Positions 13,166-25,100 of a stretch of 64,000 nt of DNA are shown here, in pieces (position 1 is the stretch's first letter; each line of letters opens with the position of its first letter). Position numbers and translations under genes: made by a program. A model generated the notes under the pieces. The model searched no databases. It saw nothing but the letters and a program-made list of their open reading frames with translations, and was not told where the DNA came from. Origin of the DNA: Haliotis rubra (taxonomy: Eukaryota); assembly GCF_003918875.1 (NCBI RefSeq), contig NW_025767537.1:248001-312000 (forward strand), read 5' to 3'.

Positions 13166-13393
13166 TTAAATAAATCAATCCCGTTCTAATCACATCTTAC
13201 GATCACATTCAAGTAAAATACAGTTCTAATCACATCTTACGATCACATTCAATTAAATCAATCCCGGTCTAATCACATCTTACGATCACATTCAATTGAA
13301 TCAATAATGTTCTTATCACGTGTAACGATCACATTCAATTAAATCAATAATGTTCTAATCACATCTTACGATCACATTCAATTAAATCAATCC
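13166..13393. repeat. ~43-bp minisatellite, ~5 copies, expanded only in U1
   Basis: Unit AATTAAATCAATCCCGTTCTAATCACATCTTACGATCACATTC; single copy at ~22280 and ~30950 in sibling units. Confidence 0.9.
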
Positions 13394-13448
13394 CATAAGT
13401 ACTTCTATTTACTTAAAACACTGTCACGTTAGCAAAAATGACGCTTCC

Positions 13449-13854
13449 TTGGTGTTGACATATGGTCCTGTGCATAGAGCTCAGGTCACAATCAGTTGAA
13501 GTTAAGCAACGTTGGGCGCGGAGAGTCCTTAGCTGGGTGACCGTGTGTGACAGCTTACCTCCTGAGAGTTTCTAGGACTCCAGTCCTGCCCCACAGCGAA
13601 GCACACATATGATACATGTTGTTTCACCTTTGGCAAGTGAGTTTGTGAAAAAAATGCCTCTGTTCACCAAGCAGAAAAATGGGTACCTGGTGAAATAAGT
13701 CGTGAGACTATTAACATTCTTTCCCTGAACAGGCAGCGTGGGTTATCCGGGCTAATAATAATCAGATTAACCAATTTGTAGCGCTTTCAGAATGCACTAG
13801 TGCCTGGAGTCTAGCGCTGTACAAATAAACTGTATTATTATTATATTCATTATC
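13449..13854 (+). mobile_element. 5S rRNA-derived SINE (SINE3-like) with L2-type tail
   Basis: 13498-13543 GAAGTTAAGCAACGTTGGGCGCGGAGAGTCCTTAGCTGGGTGACCG resembles the 5S internal promoter region; central AAATGGGTACC domain; stem-loop plus (ATT)n tail; TSD agcaaaa(a)tgacgcttcc. Confidence 0.85.
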
Positions 13855-16800
13855 AGCAAAATGACGCTTCCATATCATGTTATGTAACACAAAATAACGG
13901 ACACACTTACCCTGTAATTGAATTAGCAATATTCCCATTACTGAAAATGAGTCTGCTTTGTATTATTGTAAAGCAGATGTGTTTCACAAGAAATAGAGCA
14001 CGTTGTCCAGTGTCAGTGATGGTCTAGTGCGATATCCAAGCAATAAAGAAACAAATGCTGTGTTCTTTTGGCACTATAGTACTGCACAATCGACGTGCGC
14101 CAATTGAGAGCTCCATGGTGTAAGAAACTCACAATAAATCAAAATTCCCAAATAATCAGAAAAATACGCCTGAGCAAAAATATCAAAACGTTGGGGAAGA
14201 CACCAGTATTGATTTGACCATGTCATCATTTCAGCGAGCTATTGTAAGCCAGCGTTCCCCTCAAGGGACCTATGAACACAGCCAGTTTCTGCTGGATTGC
14301 AATAATGTTTCCAGATCCAGCGATACAGTAATCTCATATCCAACATATTTCCTTACGGTTTTCAGATCAAAGTATGCCAAAGATGATGTAGAGTTTTAGT
14401 CAAGGGAGGTCACTCATAATATTGCTCGCATTTTCACTCCCGTTCATTGTGATAACACAACATTAAGTACGTACAAGTTCCTTGCATCAGTGTTGTAGAA
14501 TTACGTAATTGGATTGAAAGGTATTCTACTTCTTTTTTATCATACTTCTTCAACATTTCCACATAGTACAAAAAGAGTTTCGGGCAACGCTTTCGAACGT
14601 TGAAAAATGTTCCTACTTACAACGGTAAGATTTATGTCAACTCTCCTCCATTGACGTCAGGCATTGGCCAGATGATAATATTCGCGAGGTCGGTAAGGAG
14701 GTTGTCTAAAGTATACTCATGGTAAATATTTTGGACACATTTTCAACTCCTATGCATGCAGTAGAACCGAATCTTGACTGCTCTAGTTTATGCCCCCAGT
14801 GACTGTTTCTTGTCATGAAATGCACATACATTCAGCTTTTCCCATCACCTTTAATCTTACACGTTTTATTCTTTCCAATACGCGTTGACGAATTTTCATC
14901 GCTGTCAACATGCTCAGATCTATAGATGCTGCAGATGTTGTTTGCACATGTTTATGTTTAAAATCGGACATAGCAAAGTGATCTTTCAATAATTACACTG
15001 GATGTGTGTCCGCGTTCACAAATCTTATTGTGTATTTTTCATGTCATAACACTGTAAAATGCGTGGTGTAGTACAACATGATCTTTCCCCAAAAATGTAC
15101 TCAGTTCATTTAGTACCAGATGCACACACACGTGTTCTTAAGTGTGGAGTATTAATCGTTGATATTTATGACATTTTTGGACTATTTTCTACCGTCTAAA
15201 TGAGTTTCCACTCATTGTAAATTGGTGGTCACGAAGACCTGATATGTTGGATTCACTTTGTGAAGTCGTATCGCCTAATCACCATGTGAGCCGTGTCCTT
15301 GTTTAGAAATACCTTTTAATATAAGTAATATCGCATGGTGTGGTCGAATGCAGAAAGTTATACTAAAAATAAGTGGAAACGAATTCTTGGACATTGAGTG
15401 CCAAATTAGCTTTTAGTGATTTTAAGGTTGGTGAAGTGTATAATTACATCGAGGAGCGGGCATGTTTCAAAAGAACTAATCAGTGAATTGCTTCTCGGAA
15501 TGCGGAAATTGAATCAACGTGTCGGGAAATTAACACTTCTTCAAGATTACTTTATTCCAATGCCGCCATTGTAACACTTTAAGTAACGGTATTTTTTCCT
15601 GCGGAAACTCTCCAATGAAACTAAATTAGATTGTTCCCGGAGATCTGAAGGAGCTGGCTGGAAGAAGAACGATTCAGATGATGCACCCAACAGAGAAAGT
15701 CCTGGAATATATGCATTAGTGATAGGTAATGCCGTAATGTTTCTTGCATTATCAGTAATCAGCGTGGGCAAATTAGCGTAGTTTCACGTCAGTTTTGACA
15801 ACATTGTCGCACCAGCGATTGCAAACAGAGCCTGGATGTTCGAATTGATAATCATTCGTTTTAGTTATTTACTATACATTTTGACGACTGCCGTGTTCAG
15901 GGAATACATGACAACACGTGTTGACAGTTGCATCTGTACAGTTGCATCTGTAAGCATAGACGTGACCATCACCACAGGTATGTCATCATCAAAGTGGATA
16001 CTCTCACACATCGGTAGGCCATCCAGCTGTTTTCACAAACAGGGGCTCGGTGATCTCTTAGTTATGCGTTGGCAGAATTTCTGCGACTTGTGCTCCGTTA
16101 TTGTGAAACTCTCATGTACGACTTTGAAAACCCTCCGAGCTACATACAATGTATTTGTATAATAAAGATGTGCATTTTTGCACAATTCAGGTGCATACTG
16201 TTGTGTAACTCAGATGAACATTCGTGTGAAACTAGAGTGTATGAACAGAAAGTCTCAGAGTGAATCAAACTGTTTGATCGCTAGGGTGTTTCGCTAGAAG
16301 GCCCGGTTCCACTAATACGGATGAAATCTATCGACTTGTTATGATGTTCATTTGTGAGTTGCCCTCCAAATTCACCACTTTAATATCTTAATTTCAAACT
16401 ATATCCAACTAATATTTATGTCTAGTCTTGTCAGTACCCTCTCACCTAAAAGCAGCTATATCCGTTGTGTTCAATCATATGATTTGATTCATATCAGTAT
16501 ACTGTAGATGTATCAATGAGTGATCGATGAATGGTTGTGTGTTTGAAGTCTGCTGTTAAACAGAGTGACAACTTAATGTGTGAGAAATGTTTAGCTTAAA
16601 ATGATGATGTTTTTGGACGTGTGCTTGTTTGATAAATCAATCGAGTGGTATACTAAAATGACGTGATTATTAAGGGATATCTGCGACTCGAACCCGATTA
16701 GCGGATCCTATATGCACATCGATCATCAAAACCGGAGGGCTAAGGGGGTTGCTATTATCATTGCTTTTCTTTTTATCTACCTGTTGTTCTTTGTTTGTTT

Positions 16801-17517
16801 TACAATCGTCATTGATGTCACGACAATGTTTCAAGCCTTCAAGTAAACGAGCAATCTCTATTTCAAAACATCTTTTGGTTCATCAGATATTTTTCGTTTT
16901 TAGTTCTACTAGAATGTCAAATTGACCTAATGTCCGAGAACTTCAACCCTCACGGGTTAAAAAAATATGAATACACATTTCCTGTAATGTTTATTCGAAA
17001 GTTTCTTAAACGTATTGTAATCCAACTTTTTAATCAAATCACAAAAGACATCAGCATCATGACTGTACTAGTAGCTCCACGGCATGTTGAGATGAAAATG
17101 GATTTTGCTCTTGATCTAAACCTTGTGCCTCCGGTTTATTACCGTGTCATGTTTTTGTAATTTCCTTATGTCAAATGTCAGGCGTGGACGCCAGTGCGGG
17201 GTAAACGGGAAAATCTCACGAATTCCTCAATAATTAACGACACGACTGGAATCCTGGCCTTGACGTAAGCTTGCCCGTAAAGAACCAAACTGTTTGATCT
17301 CGCGGGTGGGCATTGTGTGATGGCCTGTATCCATTAATACTGATGAAATCTATCAAATTCGTTTGGTGGAGTGCCCTCCAAATTCACCACGTTAATATCT
17401 TAACCCTTCTCTGTATCAAATCAACATTTATATCTAGTCCTTTTTAGTACCATCTCAGCATGAATAACCTATTTCTTCAATCATGTGATTTGATATTTTG
17501 GGCGTAGGTGTATTTGT

Positions 17518-17777
17518 GAGTGTGTGAGTTAAAATAGATTTTAAGTCACATCGGCAATATTTGAGCCATATCGTGACTAAAAACAAGTTATGATTTCATA
17601 ATATATAAAGATAAATAAAAAAAAACTGTCAACGAAGGACAGTAACATAACTAGGGTATCATAGATTTCCATTTAAAACTGGTAATGAACTTTAAAATAT
17701 TTTAACAATATATGACAATACAATATAAAAACAGGCTATAAATTTCCAACAGTTGAAGGTAGATCACCATACTAAGG
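17518..17777 (-). mobile_element. LINE 3' UTR fragment with (CACT)n-type tail
   Basis: 12-bp TSD aggtgtatttgt; reverse complement of 33139-33421. Confidence 0.85.
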
Positions 17778-17854
17778 AGGTGTATTTGTATCAGTTTTAT
17801 AAGTAGGTTGTAGGATTGATCAGTACAGTGTCAATGAATAGGGATGTGTTTAAT

Positions 17855-18075
17855 GAATGGGGCTGTCATTGCCTTCTCAAAGACAGCCCCAGTTCTTTGG
17901 AATTCTATTCCCCTCAAACTCCGCTGCATCGGCAACGTCTCAACCGTTCGAACTGACTTGAAAACCTTCCTTTTCTCTGGAGTCTCTCTACCCTAGATGT
18001 GTTTGAGCGCCGCTGAACAGCTGTAAGCTGGAAAGCAGGCGCGTCATAAATGCATTATTATCATTATTATTATTA
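17855..18075 (+). mobile_element. L2/CR1-clade LINE 3' end
   Basis: AFSKTAPVLWNSIPLKLRCIGNVSTVRTDLKTFLF (typical L2 ORF2 end), GCGCC..GGCGC stem-loop, (ATT)n tail. Confidence 0.85.
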
Positions 18076-20784
18076 AGTCTGTTATTGGCAGTTGTAACAT
18101 CGAGTGACAACCTAATTTGTGAGGAAGGCGTTGCTTAAAAATACGCTGTTCATGGACGTTTACCAATTTGATGAAGCGTTCCAGCAGTGAGGACTGAAAG
18201 CTGAACGAATATTACCAAGAGATGTCTGGGACTCGATACCACGAGAAGCCGATGCTAAGCACATCGATTCTCTAGGCCTACACCACCCATACCACGAGGG
18301 CTAAGGGATTGCCATCAATAACACACAGCGTCTGTTGAATGAGTGTTATTGCGATTGCACATATCGTTTCATATTGTGAAAAGATGAGCGTATCCTACCC
18401 ACACTCAAGGCGCTCTTCATAAACACATAAGATGTTTTCAAAACTAATTTTCTTGAAGACATTATCTTTATTCTTAGCTTCCATTTGACAAATCTAAAAA
18501 CACGTTAAGGTCATTTACAGAATGCCATAGATTCCAGATAGATTGAAGTTGAGAGGCAGACATACTGAAATATCCTCAAGGGTATTTTAGAGGCTGATTT
18601 ATAAGGCTGATATACGATTTACGATCTTCGTCTTTTGGATCAAAAGTAAGGAAACATTTCTCGCATGGCCGACATCACACACTTCCGTCGACATTCTAAC
18701 TTCTGTGTACAGGGTATGAAATATTTAATGTGTAATAACTCATTCAAAGCAAGCTTCCTAATTTTTATATCCAATTAGAGTAAATTCGCCTGTAACTCTA
18801 TATGGTTCTACTTTTAGAGTAAAGGCACCACTGCAGAATCTTATTTGTAATTGTCTTTTACCTAGTTGTAAATAGCCATAAATATTGTATAGTGGCTCTT
18901 CGCTACAAATGATGTTGGATGCAAAATAAAAGTATCATTAACTATGGGTTGCTTCGCAAATGCCACACAATCCCACTAATAGTAGCAGTAAGACATTCTA
19001 GTGACAACAGGCATCACAGATACTTGTTCTTTTATTATTTTTTCACCGACATCGAACGTGAGCAAGTGTCAATTTCATGTCCATTCAGTACTATTTATTT
19101 TAGTCATTATCCTTTTATATATATTTGTCCAATCCTTTCCAATTCCGAAAGTTGTTGTGCCATGTCATAAATGCAAGAGAATGCAATGTCGAGAGCATGC
19201 ACACGTCGTTTTATTTGTCTTATTTTTTTTAAAAAAAATGAAAATATATCGAGAATAACCCTTTGAATTGTCCACACAAATTTACACCTTTTACTTGACA
19301 TCATTCTCATAAAAGGCTCCGTGTTGGTGATCTTCCAAGTACATATATTTCTGAAGCGCTTTTGCTGAACTGGGAGAGAAAACATCTACCTAAATACACC
19401 ATACAAATTATTGGCTGAAACGCGCTTCTATGTAGAGCAATGTTCTAATTCTTACAGATCAGTACAACCTGAACAATGGGGTCAGCAGTGATTTGTTCTT
19501 ATCAGGTTTGTATAGTAAATGGAAATAAAGGATGAGAAGTCAGACGATTTGAGAGATACAATCATGTTTGTAAGACCTGGTGATTAGGTTCTCAATGCAC
19601 AAACAGGTTCAAAATTATATAAATCTCCCACTGTCTTGGTGCGGGCAAATACTGACTGAATTTGTCCACCATTGTTCTTGGGAAAATTAGATTAATTTTA
19701 ATTACAACCCACATCTTATGCCTCGCGCTTAGCATACCGCCATAGTTCGAACAAAATACGTTGCCAAATCTATTACACACAATATTGGACGCGAATGGCC
19801 TTGCTAGCAGAATGTCTTCAGACAGATATTTATCAATGAGTTAAACTCTCCTAACCCGTGACGAGCTACAGCTTGGATCGCCTTGGTTACAGATTTATTT
19901 TCTGTGCTTGTTCGACTGCAATTGTCAGTATCAGTTCGGTGTACCACAAGGGAATTCTCTTTCGCTAGTTTCATTACCAGTGAATACCACGACAGGAGAT
20001 CCATTGCGACCAGATGATGTTAGTCTTTCTTATGCCATGTGTATGTTGTGTGTAAATGGTTTAGTTTCATAACATTAACACTCATGCGAGGAATTGGGAT
20101 TGATTTTGTAATCTGGTTTCGCGTGGCATAGTTTGTCCTTTGGTGCTGGAATGGAGACATTACTCCTGTATATGCCATCTCTGTGTCAGCTCGTCCACGT
20201 CGCAATGGCTTTGATTCTGTAATCCCCTTAATCCTTTGAGAGATCGTCAGTATTAGCATTACATAATTAATATGGAATCAAACATTCTGCGATACCATAA
20301 ACATGATTACCTTATTGTACTTTTGAGATAATGTGGATCACGAGCTATACCCGATTTCTTGATTATTTATTGCACTATGTGTTACATAACGACGACCTTT
20401 ATGCTTCGGTAATAATGATGAAAAATATTCCTGGAATCACACTTTCAAACTATTTTCAACATTATTTACTAACAACCATGGATGCGTTAACATAAGATTG
20501 ATTAACTAAAGAATGAATGAATCAGGTTTTCAATTTTGTTTTTTTGAAAATGTTTCAATCGGGCTTATATACTAGTAGTGTTTTATCCAAACCCACTATA
20601 GAAACCACAAGAAACATAATACAGCTTCATGCATATCCAATGCTACACCCATACTCATTTGTAAAGTAAACCTTGAACAGTGAATACATCTTGAATGAGT
20701 AACGAAGCAAGCATTTGAAGTGCAAGTTTACACGAAACCGTTTTGTCTTGCACTGTTTCAGGATAAAAAAGTGTTTGTCAAGTA

Positions 20785-21550
20785 CAGTACAACCAGAAAT
20801 TATTGAGAATTTAAAGATTGTAATGTTTTTAATTTTATTTCACTCATTACTCACGTATTAATGTGAATATTAGCAGAACATAACTCCAGATTCAACGACA
20901 GGTGAACAGTTAGTATTTTGTCAAGTCACCATGGGCAGCGATGCAGGCTTCAATGCGGCGGGGCATACTACTGATCAAAGAAGTTAGAAAGTCGTGGTCC
21001 ATGCTGTCCCAATATCGGACCACCTCTTCTTTCATTTCAGCAATATTTGTCAGATTTTTCTTATTGACACTTTCCTTCATAAGTCCCCAAACATTTTCTA
21101 TTGGATTTAGGTCAGGGCTATAGCTTGGCCAATCTAATAATGTCATACTTTGGGTCCGAAACCAGGCCTGTGAATGCTTTGAACGATGTTTTGGGTCGTT
21201 GTCCTGCTGGAAAATGAAACAATTTCCATGGAACACGTGAGCAGATGGAAGTAAATGTCCCTCGAGAATATCTGTGTACCGCTCACTGTTCATATTCCCT
21301 TCAAATACACAGAGGGGCGTTGCCCCTAACACAGCTATGCCACCCCACATGTTAAATTTCGGACTGTACTTTGGGCGCTGATACAGAGGTTTTTAGTTTG
21401 TTTGGTCCAGAAATTCAGTGTATTAGGAAACAGCCACATAGAACTTTCATCTGAGAAAATCACATTGTCCCAGTTAAAATTTATACGCTGTAAGCACCAG
21501 TTCAACCTTCGCTCCTTTTGTTCAGGTTTCATGATCGGTGATGGAATTCT
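20785..21550 (-). mobile_element. 5'-truncated Tc1 (DD34E) transposon
   Basis: One TIR-like end TA|CAGTACAACCAGAAATTATTGAGAAT at 20785; transposase fragments. Confidence 0.9.
20910..21532 (-). pseudogene. Tc1-like transposase catalytic domain, frameshifted, N-terminus missing
   Basis: VIFSDES, MWGGI, FQQDNDPKH, WPSYSPDLNPIENVW; 34 residues between D and E; frameshift near 21400. Confidence 0.95.
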
Positions 21551-21639
21551 TTAATTGATTTTGCAGTAAACGACATCTTATATATTCATAATAACATGTA
21601 TTCTATTAGCCATGTCATCTGTATCTATAGACCACCACA

Positions 21640-21760
21640 TGTATTGCGTCGTCATAGCATTGTGACGTCACGGCCAGAGTTAACAGTTACTGTTCAGTTT
21701 TACCTGATGATAGGGCCAGAACAAGCCATGAAACGTTGTACTCGAGAATAAAAAGAAGAT
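21640..21760 (+). mobile_element. Degenerate Penelope-like pseudo-LTR fragment with minimal hammerhead-like motif
   Basis: tac-CTGATGA-(ggc..gcc)-GAAACGTT-gta followed by AATAAA. Confidence 0.5.
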
Positions 21761-21891
21761 GTAACCCAGAAAAAATCTCTATGTTCATCAAATATCATCT
21801 TCTAAAATGCCAATCAAGCATCTAATAGAAAAGTTGTAGTAAATACCGTTGGCATGTAAATGGTTAATGCTTTAGCACGTCCCTTGATGGA

Positions 21892-21974
21892 CTCTCACTC
21901 ACTCACTCACTCACTCACTCACTCACTCACCCACTCACCCACTCACCCACTCATCCACCCAACCACTCACTCAT
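21892..21974. repeat. (CACT)n/(CACC)n microsatellite
   Basis: Seen directly. Confidence 0.95.
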
Positions 21975-22012
21975 CGTGTACAGCGATCATGGTAATAAGT
22001 TACACACGTATG

Positions 22013-22167
22013 GGGGCAGTGGGGTAGCCTAGTGTTCAATGCGTTCACTCGTCACGTTGAAGACCCGGGCTTCGATTCCCCACATGAGTATATTGTGAGA
22101 AGCCCATTTCTGGTGTCCCCCGCTGTGATATTGCTGGAATATTGCTAACTAAACTCACTCACTCACT
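22013..22167 (+). mobile_element. tRNA-derived SINE (same family as 10722-10891)
   Basis: A/B boxes, (CACT)n tail, TSD cacgtatg; empty site at ~30820 in U3. Confidence 0.92.
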
Positions 22168-25100
22168 TCGCACGTATGGTTACTGGAAGCCTTGCAGTAA
22201 GGGGATACACCATTAATTTCAACATCATAAGCAAAACACATCTTTATGGTTAAATCAATATGATACAAACCTCATTCAATTAAATTAATCCCATTCTAAT
22301 CACATTCACTATTACTTACTAACGACAGTATCACGTTTGTCCACTCAGCAACATGACACGTTCTTATCATGTTATGTAACACAAAATAAGTAAGAGGAGA
22401 GGCAGACCATGCAATTCAGTTAGGAATATCAATATTACTGAAAACAACTCTCTAAACCAGATATGTTTTACAAGGAATCAAGCACGTTGCTTAATGTCAC
22501 GGAATCCCAGCAATGTGGGAACATAATGTTATTCTATTTTGGTAACAAAGCGATGAATAATCGGCGTGCGCCAGTTGAGGGCTCCATCATGTAAGAAACT
22601 CACAATAAAGCAAATTCCCAAATAAACAGAAAACCACAACAGAGCATGACAAATACCAATGCTTGGGGAAGACACCAGTATTGATTTGAGTGTGTCATCA
22701 TTTCAGCGAGCTATTGTAAGCCAGCCTTTACCTCAAGGGACCTATGAACACAGCCAGTTTCTACTGGATTGCAATAACGTTTCCGGATCCAGCGATACAG
22801 AATCTCATATCCAACTTATTTCCTTACGGATTTCAGATCAAAGTGTGCCAAAGATGATGTAGAGCTTTAGTCAAGAGAGGTCACTCACAATACTACGTGA
22901 ATTTTTCACTCTCGTTCATTGTGATAACACATATCATTAAGTATGTACAAGTTCCATTCGTCAAAGTTCTAGAATAATGTTATTGTATCCTTAAGGTGTT
23001 TTACTTCTTTTGTATAATATTTCTTAAAGCGTTGCATGGTTTAAAAAAAACCGCGGTACAGAAATATGTTTGGTCCAATGCTTTGGAACTTTGAGAAATG
23101 TTCTGACAAGAAACGGAAAGATTTACGTCAACTATGCTCCATTTAACTATGCATCATTTAGTAAGATGGTTATATGCAAGAGGTCGGTAAGAAAGTGGTT
23201 TCAAGTATACTCATGGTCATTATTATTAGGTCGGAGAATTATTGCAAGATAAAATGTCGCATTTTCAACTCCTGTCAAAGCAGTTCAGTTGCATCTTGAC
23301 TGCTACAGTTTATACAAACATTGACTTTACTTGTTATGAAATGCATAATTATCCATTTATCTTTTTTCCACCTCCTTTATGTTACACTTGTTATTGTTTC
23401 TAATAATTGGTGACGAATGTGCGTCATAATCAACACACTCAGATGTGCAGATACTATAGATATCGTTTGCACATGTTCATGTTTGATACCTTAAATAGCA
23501 AAGTGATCCTCGAGTAAATTACACTGGGTGTATGTCCGCGTTCACAGTCCCATTGGTTCTTTTCAAGTCATTACGCTGTCGAAAATCGGGGATGCAGGAC
23601 AACATGGTCTTTCTCTGCACATCTACTGGGTTCATTATCAAATGCCAGTACCAGATGCACATATGTGTGTTTATGTTTGAAATATCAATAACTGCGATTG
23701 ATGACTTCTTTGGACTCTTTTCTCCTGTCTGAATGTGGTTCCACTCATCAACAGTTACTAATAGGACCTCATACGTTTGATACAGTTTGTGAGGTCGGTT
23801 TGTCTAATCACCATGTGAGCCGTGTCTTATTTTAGAAATTGTATATAATATAATTCTTATCACATGATGCTGTCGAATGCAGAAGATCATACTAAAAATA
23901 AGTGCAAAAACATTCTCTCACCTTTAGTGCCAAATTAGTTTTTGGTGAATTTACAAGGTTGGTGAAGTGTATAATTAGGTTGAACAGCGGGCCTGTTTCC
24001 AAAGAACTAATCAGTGAATTGCTTCTCGGAATTCGGAAATTGAATCAACGTGTCGGGAAATCAACACTTCTTCAAGATTACTTTATTCCAAGGCCGCCAT
24101 TGTAACACTTTAAGTGATGGTATTTTTTCCTGTGGTGACTCTCAAAAGAAGCTACATTAGATTGTTTCAGGAGACCTGAAGCAGCCGACTGTTAGAAGGA
24201 CGATTTAGTGCATATACTCAACAGAGAAAGTCATGGAATAAATGCATTAGTGATAGGCAATGCCTTGATGTTTCCCGCATGGATGGACACATTAACTTGC
24301 ATTGACGTGAATTGTAACACCACTGTCACAACTGAGGTGGCACACAGAGCCCGGATGTTCGGCTTTATAATCGTATGTATTATTGATCAGACTACTTAAC
24401 TTTACTTTTGACAAAATATGTTGAGGGCAATATCATTAGGTCATTCACACGTTCCAGTTTGCATCTGTAAGCATCTAACTGACCATCACGCAGGTATGTC
24501 ATCATGAAAGTGGACACCCACACGCATCCGGTCGGCCATCCAGACGTTTTCACAAACAGAAGCTCGGTGATCTCCCAGTTATGCGTTGGCAGAATTTCTG
24601 CGACTTGTCTTCCGCTTAATGTGGAACACCCATGTAAGCATTTGAAAACACTCAAAACTGTAATATTGTATATTCAGATGTGTAATTTTGCAAGACGCAG
24701 ATGCACATTGTGGTATAACTCAGATGTACATTCCTGCGAGCGTATGCACTGATTCTAGTTTCTTCATATATACCTGTCGTTCTGTGCCTTAAGTGTTGAC
24801 CATTATTGTCTATCTACATTGATGTCACAACAATGTTTCAAGTCGTAATCTCCGATATCAATCTCAAGCACAAAACGTCTTTTCGTTCATAAAATGTTTC
24901 GTTGTTGTTGTTTCTTTGGCTTTTTGTGTGTTTGTTTGTTTTCATATTCAGTCCGCCTCAAATGCCAATGTAAACTTCAAGGCGAACAGTTACATATGAG
25001 TTAAATAGTAAAAATTACACTTTTCACGTATTCTTCTGATTCGAAGTTTTTCAACGTCTTAGAATCGAATTGTTTAAACAAACCACAAAACGCCTCCCTC

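Larger units (their letters stand above)
12545..20780. repeat. Long tandem array unit U1 (subfamily A)
   Basis: Collinear blocks shared with U2/U3, e.g. gggaagacaccagtattga ~14193, core 15485, gctcc(a/g)cggcatgttgag ~17073, tttgtcctttggtgctggaatggagac ~20132; boundaries approximate. Confidence 0.9.

Noticed and set aside
13498-13543. 5S rRNA gene
   Set aside because: Only the internal promoter region matches, and it is embedded in a TSD-flanked SINE
15360-15430. NLxNSPKANLALNVPEFVS resembling motifs D/E of segmented negative-strand virus polymerases
   Set aside because: No SDD motif C or motifs A/B upstream in any frame; treated as coincidence
15478-15550. Box C/D snoRNA on the minus strand (TTGAAGA...CTGA, ~70 nt)
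   Set aside because: The C box has two deviations and is broken in 3 of 7 copies; I recognised no 10-nt or longer rRNA complement; conservation extends well beyond the boxes. A snoscan run would settle it.
15480-15720. Alternative genetic code or stop-codon recoding in the minus frame (..SNLEEVLISRHVDSISEFREAIH..)
   Set aside because: U1 and U6 showed suggestive third-position changes, but U2, U3 and U5 did not, and 1-2 nt indels occur
24016-24075. P-loop motif LLLG...VGKSTLL
   Set aside because: Eight residues between G and GK instead of four; KST occurs in only one copy and three copies have stops in this frame
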